Origin: Flavobacteriales bacterium
Lineage (GTDB): Bacteria; Bacteroidota; Bacteroidia; NS11-12g; UBA9320
Direction of reading: 5' to 3'
Length of the DNA: 64,000 nt
NCBI GenBank assembly: GCA_020635435.1
Contig: JACJZU010000001.1
Location: 720,999-784,998 of the forward strand
Shown here one piece after another: positions 9,371 through 19,039 of the stretch (its first letter is position 1; each line of letters starts with the position of its first letter). A model generated the notes under the pieces. It ran no database searches. It was not told the DNA's origin and saw nothing but the letters and a program-made list of their open reading frames with translations. Both the position numbers and the translations under genes were made by a program.

Positions 9371-10441
9371 ATGCAAATCACAGGTAAAATAGGAATTCGA
9401 GTAGCAGCACTCCTGTTGATCGGGGCACTGGCTCAGATTCTTTACAAAAACACCCTTTGGGATACCGACCTGTGGGAAAGGGGACAGATGCTCATAGAAC
9501 TTGAGGGAATGGACGATAGCTGCAAGGTGATCTACTTTGGAGAGTCGAGTAATTTCAGTTACCACCCGACACGAGACAGTCTAAAAGATCGGATCAGCGA
9601 TTTCTTAAGTTATCACTTCAATGGGTTGACATTTGGAACGATCAATCATGCCGCATACCATGCAGGGTTATACCGGGCTCTCATCGCCCGGATCGAAAAG
9701 GGTTCGGCTGTTGAGTGTGTGGTGGTAACCATGAACCTGAGGACATTTGGACAGGCAGTTACTCATTCTCCGCTGGAAACTGCCATGCAGCAGGAAAAGG
9801 TGCTCTTCTCGGGTTATCCCGAATTACTGCGCCGAACGTTCCTAACCTTGAATTTTTTTGACAACCAAACGGAATTGGATCGGGACTACATCAAGTGGAA
9901 AGAATGGACCTTTGATACGCTTCAGAGCACAGATCCGGAGATAATTTTCAAACATCCCACGATCCGAAGTTGGTGTGCTGTAGAAAAATTCCCCGACTCG
10001 AACGGAGTTGAAGACATGGAAAAAAGAAGTTTAGCGGATCACTACATTAAAGCCTATGCCTTTCAGATCGGAGAAGATAATCCGCGTGTTCGGGATTGTG
10101 ATGCGATCATGCGCATCTGTAGCGATCTGAATATTCGGGTGGTTTTCAATATTCTTGCTGAGAACGTGGAGTATGCCGATAGTTTGGTTGGACCTGAACT
10201 CGTGTGGTTGATGCGACAAAATCGCGATTATTTGGTTGAACGCTATTCGAGACTTGGAGCTTTAATGGTAGACAACCTCGAGGCTGTAGATGGATATCAT
10301 TTCACGGACCAGAACTGGACCACTGAACATTACGATGCCGAAGGGCGCCAACGTATCGCTTTCAACGTGGCAAAGGCAATGGAGAAGATTTTTTCTGATG
10401 AGATCCAACTAAGGGATGCAGCCGATCTCAATGGAAAGTGA
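9371..10441 (+). CDS. membrane-anchored MBOAT-associated protein (putative SGNH/DltD/AlgJ-like acyl-transfer partner)
   Basis: 356-aa ORF, 12 nt downstream of the MBOAT gene. Single N-terminal TM (IRVAALLLIGALAQIL), then a soluble domain with KVIYFGESSNF that resembles SGNH block I. The function is by analogy only. Confidence 0.35.
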   Translation: MQITGKIGIRVAALLLIGALAQILYKNTLWDTDLWERGQMLIELEGMDDSCKVIYFGESSNFSYHPTRDSLKDRISDFLSYHFNGLTFGTINHAAYHAGLYRALIARIEKGSAVECVVVTMNLRTFGQAVTHSPLETAMQQEKVLFSGYPELLRRTFLTLNFFDNQTELDRDYIKWKEWTFDTLQSTDPEIIFKHPTIRSWCAVEKFPDSNGVEDMEKRSLADHYIKAYAFQIGEDNPRVRDCDAIMRICSDLNIRVVFNILAENVEYADSLVGPELVWLMRQNRDYLVERYSRLGALMVDNLEAVDGYHFTDQNWTTEHYDAEGRQRIAFNVAKAMEKIFSDEIQLRDAADLNGK

Positions 10442-10469
10442 ATCGAACAGCGCGCTCATTCGAACGGGA

Positions 10470-10982
10470 TCAGGGTCTGTCTCCACCCTGTTGGTCCGTT
10501 TCATTTTCGGATGAACGTGTGTCCGGATCAACGGAAGTTTCGCCTGCGGATCCCTCTCGAAACTCCTCGACCGTTTGCTCGATCTTGTCGGAGATCTTGG
10601 AAGCGGCAACTTTCAATTTCTCAGTAAGCAGTTCCCCCAATTCTTTAGCTTCCTGTAGGATCTCTTCCGCTTCGTGTTTGAGCTCACTGCCCGCCTCTTC
10701 GGCCTTTGCAGAGATCTTCGAAACCATTTCGCTGAGATCGTTCGACAGGTTTTGAGCTTTTTCGGAGATTTCTGTTTTGAGCGTGAGACCGTCTTTTGAG
10801 ATCTCAGACCATTCCGACCTCATTTCCTCAGCAGTTTCCTTGCCTTTCTCCTTAACCTTTTCCGTGATCTCAATCCCTTTGTCGAATGCCTTTTCAGCAA
10901 ATTTCTCCGTTTGCTCAATGATCTCATTAGCGGTTTCCTTGCTTTTGCCTTTTAGACGGTTGAGCAGATCTTGTATTCCCAT
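10470..10982 (-). CDS. highly charged amphipathic-helix repeat protein (apolipoprotein/LEA/YtxH-like composition)
   Basis: 170-aa ORF with no signal peptide or TM. E/K/S/A-rich helical repeats (EKFAEKAFDKGIEITEKVKEKGKETAEEM; KISAKAEEAGSELKHEAEEILQEAKELGELL). Confidence 0.45.
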   Translation of the reverse strand: MGIQDLLNRLKGKSKETANEIIEQTEKFAEKAFDKGIEITEKVKEKGKETAEEMRSEWSEISKDGLTLKTEISEKAQNLSNDLSEMVSKISAKAEEAGSELKHEAEEILQEAKELGELLTEKLKVAASKISDKIEQTVEEFREGSAGETSVDPDTRSSENETDQQGGDRP

Positions 10983-11153
10983 ATCCGGTTGTTATTGAAC
11001 TGATCTAAATATAAGATTTTCAGAGGGAAAAGCCATGAAATGCAACGAACTGATAGATATCAAGGGTTACAAGGTCAATATCCCGCTATTTTTGCGGATT
11101 CGTTCCAACGAGATGTCGGCGATCATCTTGGTATAACTTGAAATTGTAAAAAG

Positions 11154-12191
11154 ATGAAACTACACAATCGAAGAAACAAAGAAGAATTAAAGACGGAGTT
11201 GCTCCGCAGCGATGAAAAGCGCATAACCATTTCGTTTTACCGCTATTACCAGATCGGTAATCCGGATCTATTCCGTGATCACTTCTACATGTTGATGGAT
11301 TCCTGCGGAGTTTTAGGCCGGATCTATGTGGCACATGAGGGTATCAACGCCCAGATCTCGGTTCCCTACCGGGAGTTTGTCCGATTTGAACAGGCGATGG
11401 AAAGTATTGATTTTCTCCGCGGCATACGTCTGAATCTGGCCATTGAGGATGACGGTAAATCCTTTTTCGTGCTAAAGGTGAAAGTGCGTCCGAAGATCGT
11501 TGCCGACGGAATTGAGGATCCTGATTTCAATCCATCGAATATTGGTATTCATTTAAGTGCGGAGGAATTCAATCGACTCACTGCCATGGAGAACACAGTA
11601 CTCGTAGATATGCGCAACCACTACGAGAGTGAAGTGGGACATTTTGAGGGTGCATGGTGTCCGGATGTAGATACTTTCCGAGAGCAATTGCCCCTGGTTG
11701 CAGAAAAATTGGAGGAACACAAGGATAAGAACATAGTGATGTACTGCACAGGTGGCATTCGCTGTGAAAAAGCGAGTGCCTTCATGAAGTACAAGGGTTT
11801 CCGGAATGTGTATCAATTGAATGGCGGGATCATAAACTATGCTCGACAGGTTCGTGAAAAGGGTTTAGAAAATCGCTTCAAGGGCAAGAATTTCGTTTTT
11901 GACGAACGCCTGGAAGAGCAGATCAGTGAAGATGTGATCGCACATTGTCATCAGTGCGGTTCAGCCTTCGATCATCACACGAATTGTAAGAACAAAGGTT
12001 GCAATCTGCTCTTCATTCAATGTCCTGAGTGTGCTGATCGATACGAAGGTTGTTGCAGCGATGAGTGCAAGGAGGTGATCCACTGGCCGGAGGAAAAGCA
12101 GAAGGAGTTCCGCAAAACAAATACTTCAGGGATACGGATATTCAGCAAAGGACGTTTCGAACGTCAACCTAGTCCATTAGAAAGATCTTGA
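11154..12191 (+). CDS. trhO: rhodanese-domain tRNA uridine(34) hydroxylase TrhO (UPF0176/YceA family)
   Basis: 345-aa ORF. N-terminal ISFYRYYQI, rhodanese active-site loop YCTGGIRCEKAS and a Cys-rich C-terminal tail (CHQCGS..CKNKGCN..CPECADRYEGCCSDEC). Confidence 0.75.
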   Translation: MKLHNRRNKEELKTELLRSDEKRITISFYRYYQIGNPDLFRDHFYMLMDSCGVLGRIYVAHEGINAQISVPYREFVRFEQAMESIDFLRGIRLNLAIEDDGKSFFVLKVKVRPKIVADGIEDPDFNPSNIGIHLSAEEFNRLTAMENTVLVDMRNHYESEVGHFEGAWCPDVDTFREQLPLVAEKLEEHKDKNIVMYCTGGIRCEKASAFMKYKGFRNVYQLNGGIINYARQVREKGLENRFKGKNFVFDERLEEQISEDVIAHCHQCGSAFDHHTNCKNKGCNLLFIQCPECADRYEGCCSDECKEVIHWPEEKQKEFRKTNTSGIRIFSKGRFERQPSPLERS

Positions 12192-13167
12192 GTCGGTGTT
12201 TGGCATTTTCGCGAATATTTCCGTGGAAGAGGTTGTAGTCATAAACATGGAGACTGCCCAAAGGGCCATTGAATTCTCCACGCCCGTGTCCGTAGATCCT
12301 CACAAAACCACCGTCGATCTTTGCAACTGCTGTTTTTGAGGAGAAACGTTCCGTTGCTGCCCCGAGTTTTGGGTGAAGTATTTGACCCGGTTTTGCGCTC
12401 ACTGTGGATGAATCGGATCGCCAGCTTACCGGATTCGTAGAAAGGAGCTTCAACTCAGAGCTCGGTATCATTTGATCACCTATAAAACTGTAGGATTTAT
12501 CTCTCGGTTTGGCAATACCTGTTTTTCCGTCTATTGTCATCCAACCGGCTATACAACCGGTTTGATCCGGACCCTGGCAAAAGCGCACGGAATCGAAAGA
12601 TTGAAAATGTTCTTCGGATATGGGGATACCAACGATATAGGCAACAACCAATTGCTTGTATCTATTCCCGCCGAAAAATTCCTCAATTAGTCTCAGCGCT
12701 AAATAGCTACCCTGTGAATGTGAAGCCAGGATTATCGGTTTACCATGATTCCAGTTATCAAGATAATGTTGAAAGGCATTTCGCACATCTCCATAGGCTA
12801 CATCCAATGCGGACCTCAGCCCTGAAGTATCACCCTTAAGAAAGATGGGCAAACCTGCCTGAGAATAAATGGGCATAAATGATCGACCGAGATCTTCAAA
12901 TGCGGAGAGCTGATTCCATTTTATATGTTCCAACCGCCTCCATTCAGCCTGAGAGATGCGTTCCTGATTAGGAGGATCTTGCCTGAAGTATGTGGTTGGA
13001 TGTACGAAAAAAATATCCGCTCCAGGACCTGTATCATTAATTTCATTGCTATCCGGTAATACAAACCAGGCCGATGGATCCGCGTAGGATGTGCTGATCA
13101 CCTGTGCGACGAGTTGGATCGTACCCGACAGGAACAGAAAAAGAAGGGCATGTCGCACGTTCATCAA
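12169..13167 (-). CDS. secreted alpha/beta-hydrolase-like protein (DUF3089-like)
   Basis: 332-aa ORF with a signal peptide (LFLFLSGTIQLVAQ) and nucleophile-elbow-like ILASHSQGS. The family name is tentative. Confidence 0.45.
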   Translation of the reverse strand: MMNVRHALLFLFLSGTIQLVAQVISTSYADPSAWFVLPDSNEINDTGPGADIFFVHPTTYFRQDPPNQERISQAEWRRLEHIKWNQLSAFEDLGRSFMPIYSQAGLPIFLKGDTSGLRSALDVAYGDVRNAFQHYLDNWNHGKPIILASHSQGSYLALRLIEEFFGGNRYKQLVVAYIVGIPISEEHFQSFDSVRFCQGPDQTGCIAGWMTIDGKTGIAKPRDKSYSFIGDQMIPSSELKLLSTNPVSWRSDSSTVSAKPGQILHPKLGAATERFSSKTAVAKIDGGFVRIYGHGRGEFNGPLGSLHVYDYNLFHGNIRENAKHRLKIFLMD

Positions 13168-13423
13168 AACGTCAAGATCTATTAAAAATTTCGAAGATGC
13201 TTAATTCTGACTTTCCCAAAAGCGAAGAATAAATTGACATCATTCCGTGAATTTCAATCGAAAACCATTCGCAAAAAGTTCATTATCAATGTTTTACAAA
13301 TACTTTTCAAATGACTATGTCTGCGTGTGGCCACAATCTGCCGCATCAATTGCTAAATTAAAGTTGAAAGACTGATATAACTCATAAAGGCTCCGACAGG
13401 GCGGGGCTATTTTTCCCGTCAAA

Positions 13424-14158
13424 TTGGAACGGACCTTGTTGACGGATATTCAAAACCGGTCGGTATCGGAGATGGTACGGGAAGATCATCGGACAGCTGA
13501 TATTTTCAAGCAGTTCGGGATTACATTCTGTTGTACGGAAGACTCCTCTGTTCGACGGGCTTGTGAGTTGGAATCGGTTCCAATTGATCGGGTGGTTTAT
13601 GCCATACAGTCTTTACCCACCGACGAAAATATTCTTGAATATCAGGATCTGGCCCTTGAAGAACTGCTTGATAAGATGGAACTCCACTTCCACAGGTATT
13701 TCCGGTGGGAGATACCTAATCTTACCGGTTATCTGGATAAGATTGAGCGGATGCACAGCACCCAGATCACGGAGATCGGGGAAGTTGCCTATTGGTGGAG
13801 ATCGCTATCAGCTTATTTAACCGAGCATCTGATAAAACTGGAATTTGCCATCTATCCGCACATTCGCAAACTTTTATCGAAGAATGAACAACAACCTGAA
13901 TTCGATAAACCCGTTTTCGGTAGTCTAACACATGTACTGCACATGTTTCGTGCGGATCAGGCCAAGATGTGCGACGCCATGGATCACATATCTGATCTGA
14001 CACACGAATTTCAAATTCCGATCAGCTGGTGCAATACGGTTGTGGTGCTTTATAGAAAATTTGCCGACATGGCTGTGAAGTTAACGCAGTACGTTGAAAT
14101 TCACGAAAAACACATTTTTCCGAAGGCAATCGAGCTCGAGAAACATGTAATGGGTTGA
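13424..14158 (+). CDS. iron-sulfur cluster repair di-iron protein (RIC/YtfE/ScdA family)
   Basis: 244-aa ORF with a TTG start. ScdA_N-type motif VSEMVREDHRTADIFKQFGITFCC, followed by hemerythrin-like His/Glu helices (HFHRYFRWE, HIRKLL, HEKHIFP). Confidence 0.7.
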   Translation: MERTLLTDIQNRSVSEMVREDHRTADIFKQFGITFCCTEDSSVRRACELESVPIDRVVYAIQSLPTDENILEYQDLALEELLDKMELHFHRYFRWEIPNLTGYLDKIERMHSTQITEIGEVAYWWRSLSAYLTEHLIKLEFAIYPHIRKLLSKNEQQPEFDKPVFGSLTHVLHMFRADQAKMCDAMDHISDLTHEFQIPISWCNTVVVLYRKFADMAVKLTQYVEIHEKHIFPKAIELEKHVMG

Positions 14159-14198
14159 GGCTTTGCCTATTTCACCCCGTTCCCACAATTTTGAATAC

Positions 14199-14540
14199 AT
14201 GAGTCCCATGCTGATTACATTCCTGCTGGTTGGTGTCGTTTTTCTGGTCGCTGGTTTCGCTTTGCGTTTACGTCCACCCAAGAAGATCAATCCCGTTTAC
14301 GGCTACAGGACCAAGCTCTCCATGTCCGGACAGCAAGCCTGGGATCTTGGCCAGAAGATCTCAGCCAGATACATGATACGGGCAGGATTGGTATTCGTGA
14401 TTCTCGCACCCATCGGTTCATTGTTGAAAATAAGTGAAGAGATGGAAATAGGGCTTTCCCTTTCTCTGCTCGTACTTCTAATTAAATTGATGCTGCACTT
14501 TTCTCACAGGCAATTGCAGCGTGCGCTCCAAAGCGAATAA
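14199..14540 (+). CDS. SdpI/YhfL family membrane protein
   Basis: ORF 14163..14540 trimmed to the first ATG (14199). TM helices plus LRPPKKINPVYGYRTKLSMSGQQAWDLGQK, the signature region of SdpI-family proteins. Confidence 0.6.
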   Translation: MSPMLITFLLVGVVFLVAGFALRLRPPKKINPVYGYRTKLSMSGQQAWDLGQKISARYMIRAGLVFVILAPIGSLLKISEEMEIGLSLSLLVLLIKLMLHFSHRQLQRALQSE

Positions 14541-14597
14541 TCCTTTAAAGCGAAGTTGAAACCTTTATTTTTGATGGATAGAATTCACCCCCTTTCC

Positions 14598-16238
14598 ATG
14601 AAGAATTTAATTTACATCACGCTCCTAAGCACGTTGCTTTTTCAGGCTTGTTCGAACAAAAAGGACGGATCCGGGCAGTTAGCCGGGAATGAAACTTTGG
14701 ATACCCTCGTTGATCCGGACAAGTACATCGAGGTAGAACTCAACACCGATCTCAGTGTACTCAAACCATATGAGCGCGCGATGTTGCCACATTTGTTGCG
14801 CGCAGCGGAGATCATGGACGAGCTCTTTTGGCAGCAAGCCTATGGCGATAAAAATACGCTGCTATCGGGCTTAGATGAGCGAACGGCGCGTTTTGCAACG
14901 ATCAATTACGGACCTTGGGACAGATTGGCCGGCGACCGGCCTTTTATACCCGGTGTAGGGCCTAAACCTGCAGGTGCCAATATGTATCCCTCGGGGATCA
15001 CGAAGAGGGAAATCGTTGAGTCGGGTATTGACAGTTTTGGTCAGTATAGCATGGTCCGAAGGGATTCAATTGGACGGCTCATCACCATCCCATACCACGA
15101 GTATTTTGCTCCATCGCTGCGGATCGCTTCCGACCAATTGCTGCAGGCCGCGGCACTTTGTGAGGAGCCAAGTCTGAAGAAATACCTTATCCTAAGGGCG
15201 GCAGCGCTTTTGAACGACGATTTCACCGAAAGTGATATCGCCTGGCTGAAAATGCAGGATAATGTATTGGATATCATTATTGGACCGATTGAGAATTACG
15301 AGGATAAGATCTACAATGCCCGAACTTCGTACGAGGCCTATGTGCTGGTAAAGGATACGGAATGGAGTAAGCGACTGGCGCGTTACGCGGCTTTTCTTCC
15401 CGAGCTTCAGGCCTCCTTACCGGTACCGGATGCGTACAAAAAAGAATCGCCGGGAACGGAATCGCAGCTCAATGCCTATGATGTGATCTATTATGCCGGG
15501 GATTGTAACGCCGGCAGTAAGACCATTGCCGTGAATTTACCGAACGACGAGTTACTACAAACCACCTTCGGAACACGACGATCTCAACTGAAGAATGCCA
15601 TGAAAGCCAAATTCGATCATATACTGGTGCCACTCGCCGATGTGTTGATCGACCCTTCGCAACGCAAACACATCACGTTTGATGCATTTTTTGCCAATAC
15701 CATGTTCCATGAAGTTGCACATGGTCTGGGCATCAAGTACACACTCAATGGAGAGAAGGTTAAGCAGGCTCTGCAAGAGCAATACTCGCCTTTGGAGGAG
15801 GGTAAGGCCGATATTTTGGGCTTGTACATGATCACTTACCTGAGGGAGAAGGGTGAGATCAGCGAAGGCACTTTGATGGATAATTACGTGACCTTTTTAG
15901 CCAGCATCTTCCGATCGGTTCGATTTGGGGCAAGCAGTGCCCATGGCAAAGCCAATATGGTGCGGTTCAACTATTTCGCGGAGAAGGGAGCCTTTGTTTA
16001 TGAAAATGGCACCTACAGAGTTGATCCGGACCGCATGAAGGTGGCCATGAATGATCTGAGCACACTAATCATAACGCTGCAGGGAGATGGAGACAAGGCC
16101 GGTGTAGAAAAATTAATGTCGGAAAAAGGACTCATTCCTGCTGCTCTGGCAGCCGACCTGAAGAAGCTGGAATCAGCGGGTATTCCCGTGGATGTTGTGT
16201 TCAAACAGGGGGCTGAGGTGCTTGGCTTAACGCCTTGA
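14598..16238 (+). CDS. zinc metallopeptidase-like lipoprotein (DPP III / M49-like)
   Basis: ORF trimmed to ATG 14598, giving the lipoprotein signal MKNLIYITLLSTLLFQAC. HExxH (MFHEVAHGLG) plus downstream EEGKAD, comparable to the second zinc motif of DPP III. Confidence 0.55.
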   Translation: MKNLIYITLLSTLLFQACSNKKDGSGQLAGNETLDTLVDPDKYIEVELNTDLSVLKPYERAMLPHLLRAAEIMDELFWQQAYGDKNTLLSGLDERTARFATINYGPWDRLAGDRPFIPGVGPKPAGANMYPSGITKREIVESGIDSFGQYSMVRRDSIGRLITIPYHEYFAPSLRIASDQLLQAAALCEEPSLKKYLILRAAALLNDDFTESDIAWLKMQDNVLDIIIGPIENYEDKIYNARTSYEAYVLVKDTEWSKRLARYAAFLPELQASLPVPDAYKKESPGTESQLNAYDVIYYAGDCNAGSKTIAVNLPNDELLQTTFGTRRSQLKNAMKAKFDHILVPLADVLIDPSQRKHITFDAFFANTMFHEVAHGLGIKYTLNGEKVKQALQEQYSPLEEGKADILGLYMITYLREKGEISEGTLMDNYVTFLASIFRSVRFGASSAHGKANMVRFNYFAEKGAFVYENGTYRVDPDRMKVAMNDLSTLIITLQGDGDKAGVEKLMSEKGLIPAALAADLKKLESAGIPVDVVFKQGAEVLGLTP

Positions 16239-16568
16239 TCGATCGGATCTCCACATAGCATAGGCCTTCCTGTGCTGAAGGTAGCCCTTCTCACGGTCGA
16301 ACCGATAGGCTTCTTTTTCAAAACTAATTGAATGGTAAGCTCTTTTCCGATCCTGAAGAATGATCAAATGCCAAAAGTATTCCAGGACATAAATGAGGTA
16401 GAATGGGATTATGAGCAATTCGAGCTGTTGCCTGAGGTGAATCTGCTCGTGTTGTAACAATTCCGTAGTACATTCCGTTTTGTCGCGCACCACGATAAGA
16501 GGATAGAGCGCCATAGCCCGAAATCCGTTTCCCAGCACGCGAAACAGAAGCGGGAATTGAATCATCAT
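16227..16568 (-). CDS. small membrane protein with an HExxH motif
   Basis: 113-aa ORF. LLQHEQIHLRQQLELLIIPFYLIYVLEYFW places HEQIH directly before a TM helix. No family name recalled. Confidence 0.4.
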   Translation of the reverse strand: MMIQFPLLFRVLGNGFRAMALYPLIVVRDKTECTTELLQHEQIHLRQQLELLIIPFYLIYVLEYFWHLIILQDRKRAYHSISFEKEAYRFDREKGYLQHRKAYAMWRSDRSRR

Positions 16569-16604
16569 TTTGCTTGAATTCGAGTAGACCTTTTGGGAGA
16601 GGGA

Positions 16605-17516
16605 TCACACCCCGACCTTATCTTTATGTTTTCGTCCGCTTTGATTGATGTTGCGTTCGATGTATTGAATGATCTCCCCGGCAATATTGTTTCCGGTTGC
16701 CTTTTCGATCCCCTCGAGTCCCGGAGAGGAGTTCACCTCGATAACCAAGGGCCCGCGGTCTGATCGGAGCATATCCACACCAGCAATATTCAGATTCAAA
16801 GCTTTTGCGGCCTTTACTGCCCGCGATGCTTCCAGTCTTGTGAGTTTAACTGCCTGTGCAACCCCTCCTTTGTGCAGATTACTTCTGAATTCGCCTTTTT
16901 GGCCTGTGCGTTTCATGGCACCAACAACTTTCCCATCCACTACAAAAGCACGTATGTCTTCTGCTCTCGCTTCTTTAATAAATTCCTGAACAATGATGTT
17001 CGCCTCCAATCCGTAAAAGGCCTCAATTACGGACTGTGCCGCCTTCTGTGTTTCGGCGAGAACAACTCCTTTTCCTTGCGTACTTTCCAATAATTTGATC
17101 ACGAGTGGCGCCCCACCGATCAATTTGATCAAATTCTTGATATCGCCCGGATACTTCGCAAAAGCCGTTCGAGGAGTTTCAATTCCGGCCCGGGTAAGTA
17201 TCTGCAAACTCCTGAGTTTGTCCCGCGATCGCATGAGAGCAAGGGAACTGAGTGTAGTGAACACGTTCTGCATCTCAAATTGCCGGATTATTGAAGAACC
17301 ATAAAACGTAATGGAAGCTCCGATCCGGGGTATGATCGCGTCGAGATCCTCTATCATATGGTCTCCCACATAAATATGAGGATTAGTACCCTCCAATGCC
17401 ATATAGCATTTCGCATGGTTGATGACCTGCGCTTCATGACCGCGTTCTCTGGCAGCCTCAATAAGACGCCTGGTGGAGTATAGGGAGGATTTTCGCGATA
17501 GGACAGCGATTTTCAT
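16605..17516 (-). CDS. rimK: ribosomal protein S6 L-glutamate ligase RimK (ATP-grasp)
   Basis: 303-aa ORF. The N-terminus [28 protein letters not shown] is collinear with E. coli RimK (MKIAILSRDGTLYSCKRL..). ATP-grasp layout. Confidence 0.85.
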   Translation of the reverse strand: MKIAVLSRKSSLYSTRRLIEAARERGHEAQVINHAKCYMALEGTNPHIYVGDHMIEDLDAIIPRIGASITFYGSSIIRQFEMQNVFTTLSSLALMRSRDKLRSLQILTRAGIETPRTAFAKYPGDIKNLIKLIGGAPLVIKLLESTQGKGVVLAETQKAAQSVIEAFYGLEANIIVQEFIKEARAEDIRAFVVDGKVVGAMKRTGQKGEFRSNLHKGGVAQAVKLTRLEASRAVKAAKALNLNIAGVDMLRSDRGPLVIEVNSSPGLEGIEKATGNNIAGEIIQYIERNINQSGRKHKDKVGV

Positions 17517-17971
17517 AATTCAGATTGTTGAGAGAGATTGGTTAAACCGACGTCGACCAGAAAGCGACCTTTTAAAAATTTACGCCCCAATAATACAGGA
17601 TATTTCATATGTTCCCGATTAGATAATGTGAAGGACGTGCGAAATTTTTTTCCCATTAATACAATGTTGAGCTTCACCACATATCGAAATTCATAATCAC
17701 CAAAAGAACTTCGGATCTTTCTTTCTACAAATTCGGTGGTTCGCAACTCTTTCTTGTTGTACATGGGATGCTTTTTATCCAAAAGAATAAAGGAGAGCAC
17801 GTCTTGCCCGTTTATCTCCTTCACCCGAATGCGCGCGCAATGAATTGCCGAGGTATCTGCGCCCGTATCAATTTTACAAGGCACTTGAAAGAGTCCTGCA
17901 TCAGGAAGATCGATAAAGTCACTGATTCCGATGGTCAGTTTCTGTTTGGGTTTCGACAAAGGCTTGGTCAT
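17513..17971 (-). CDS. retropepsin-like RimK-associated protein (PF05618 'ATP-dependent zinc protease' / RimB-like)
   Basis: 152-aa ORF with [14 protein letters not shown] (D-T-G aspartic-protease-type motif). Its TGA overlaps the rimK ATG (ATGA at 17513..17516). Confidence 0.65.
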   Translation of the reverse strand: MTKPLSKPKQKLTIGISDFIDLPDAGLFQVPCKIDTGADTSAIHCARIRVKEINGQDVLSFILLDKKHPMYNKKELRTTEFVERKIRSSFGDYEFRYVVKLNIVLMGKKFRTSFTLSNREHMKYPVLLGRKFLKGRFLVDVGLTNLSQQSEL

Positions 17972-17972
17972 A

Positions 17973-18977
17973 TTACCAGTTCATTAAGGCACTTGCCCAG
18001 GTGAATCCACTTCCGAAAGCTGCAAGACAGACCAGATCTCCCTCTTTCACTTTCCCCTCCATAATGGCCTCACACAATGCAATTGGTATGGAAGCGGCAG
18101 TTGTATTCCCATATCGCATGATATTGCTGTAGACCTGATCGTCGCTGAGTCCCATACTGCGTTGAACGAATTGCGAGATCCGAAGATTGGCTTGATGAGG
18201 GACCAACAATTTGATATCGGACGCATTCAGCCCGTTTTGGTCCAATGCTTCACGGATCACTTCGGGGAAGCGAGTAACGGCATGTTTGAAAACGAAATTT
18301 CCGTTCATATACGGATAGTAATCCGTATAGTCGGGATCGTTCTGAGTTAGTATCTCATCGACCCATTTTTGCGTCGAAGGTCCTATGAGAGCGAGTTCGC
18401 GTGCGTGTTTTCCCTCGCTGTGAAGATGGGTTGAAAGAATGCCTCTCTCATCACTGGGGGATGCCGACAACACCGCTGCACCGGCACCGTCGCCGAAAAT
18501 TACGCTCACATTCCGTCCGCGAGTGGTTTTGTCCAAGCCCCCACTATGCAATTCCGAACCGATAACGAGAATATTATCATACATTCCGGTTCGGATGTAC
18601 TGATCCGCAACACTGAGTCCATAAACAAAACCGGAGCATTGGTTGCGAACATCGAGGGCACCGATCGTATCGATCTCTAGTGCCTCCTGAACCTGCACAC
18701 CGGGACCGGGGAAGTAATAATCCGGACTCAGTGTGGCAAAAACTATAAAATCGATATCGGAAGGAGAGAGACCGGCTTGTTCGATTGCCATACGGGCGGC
18801 TTTAACGCCCATACCGGATGTAGTATCTTTTCCGGGTTCCACCCATCTGCGTTCACGAATTCCGGTGCGTTCCTGTATCCAGGCGTCGCTGGTATCCATG
18901 ATCTTTTCGAGATCGGCATTGGTAACTACGCGCTCAGGCACGTAAAAACCCATGCCTTTGATGATTGACTTTCTCAT
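17973..18977 (-). CDS. fabH: 3-oxoacyl-ACP synthase III
   Basis: 334-aa ORF with the Cys-His-Asn triad contexts NQCSGFVYGL, VPHQANLRI and YGNTTAASIPIAL. Confidence 0.9.
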   Translation of the reverse strand: MRKSIIKGMGFYVPERVVTNADLEKIMDTSDAWIQERTGIRERRWVEPGKDTTSGMGVKAARMAIEQAGLSPSDIDFIVFATLSPDYYFPGPGVQVQEALEIDTIGALDVRNQCSGFVYGLSVADQYIRTGMYDNILVIGSELHSGGLDKTTRGRNVSVIFGDGAGAAVLSASPSDERGILSTHLHSEGKHARELALIGPSTQKWVDEILTQNDPDYTDYYPYMNGNFVFKHAVTRFPEVIREALDQNGLNASDIKLLVPHQANLRISQFVQRSMGLSDDQVYSNIMRYGNTTAASIPIALCEAIMEGKVKEGDLVCLAAFGSGFTWASALMNW

Positions 18978-19039
18978 GCTTTAGGCTTTTTCGCAAATTA
19001 CGAAAGCGAAAACTGAAAAAGACACCCTGATGTGTGGAA

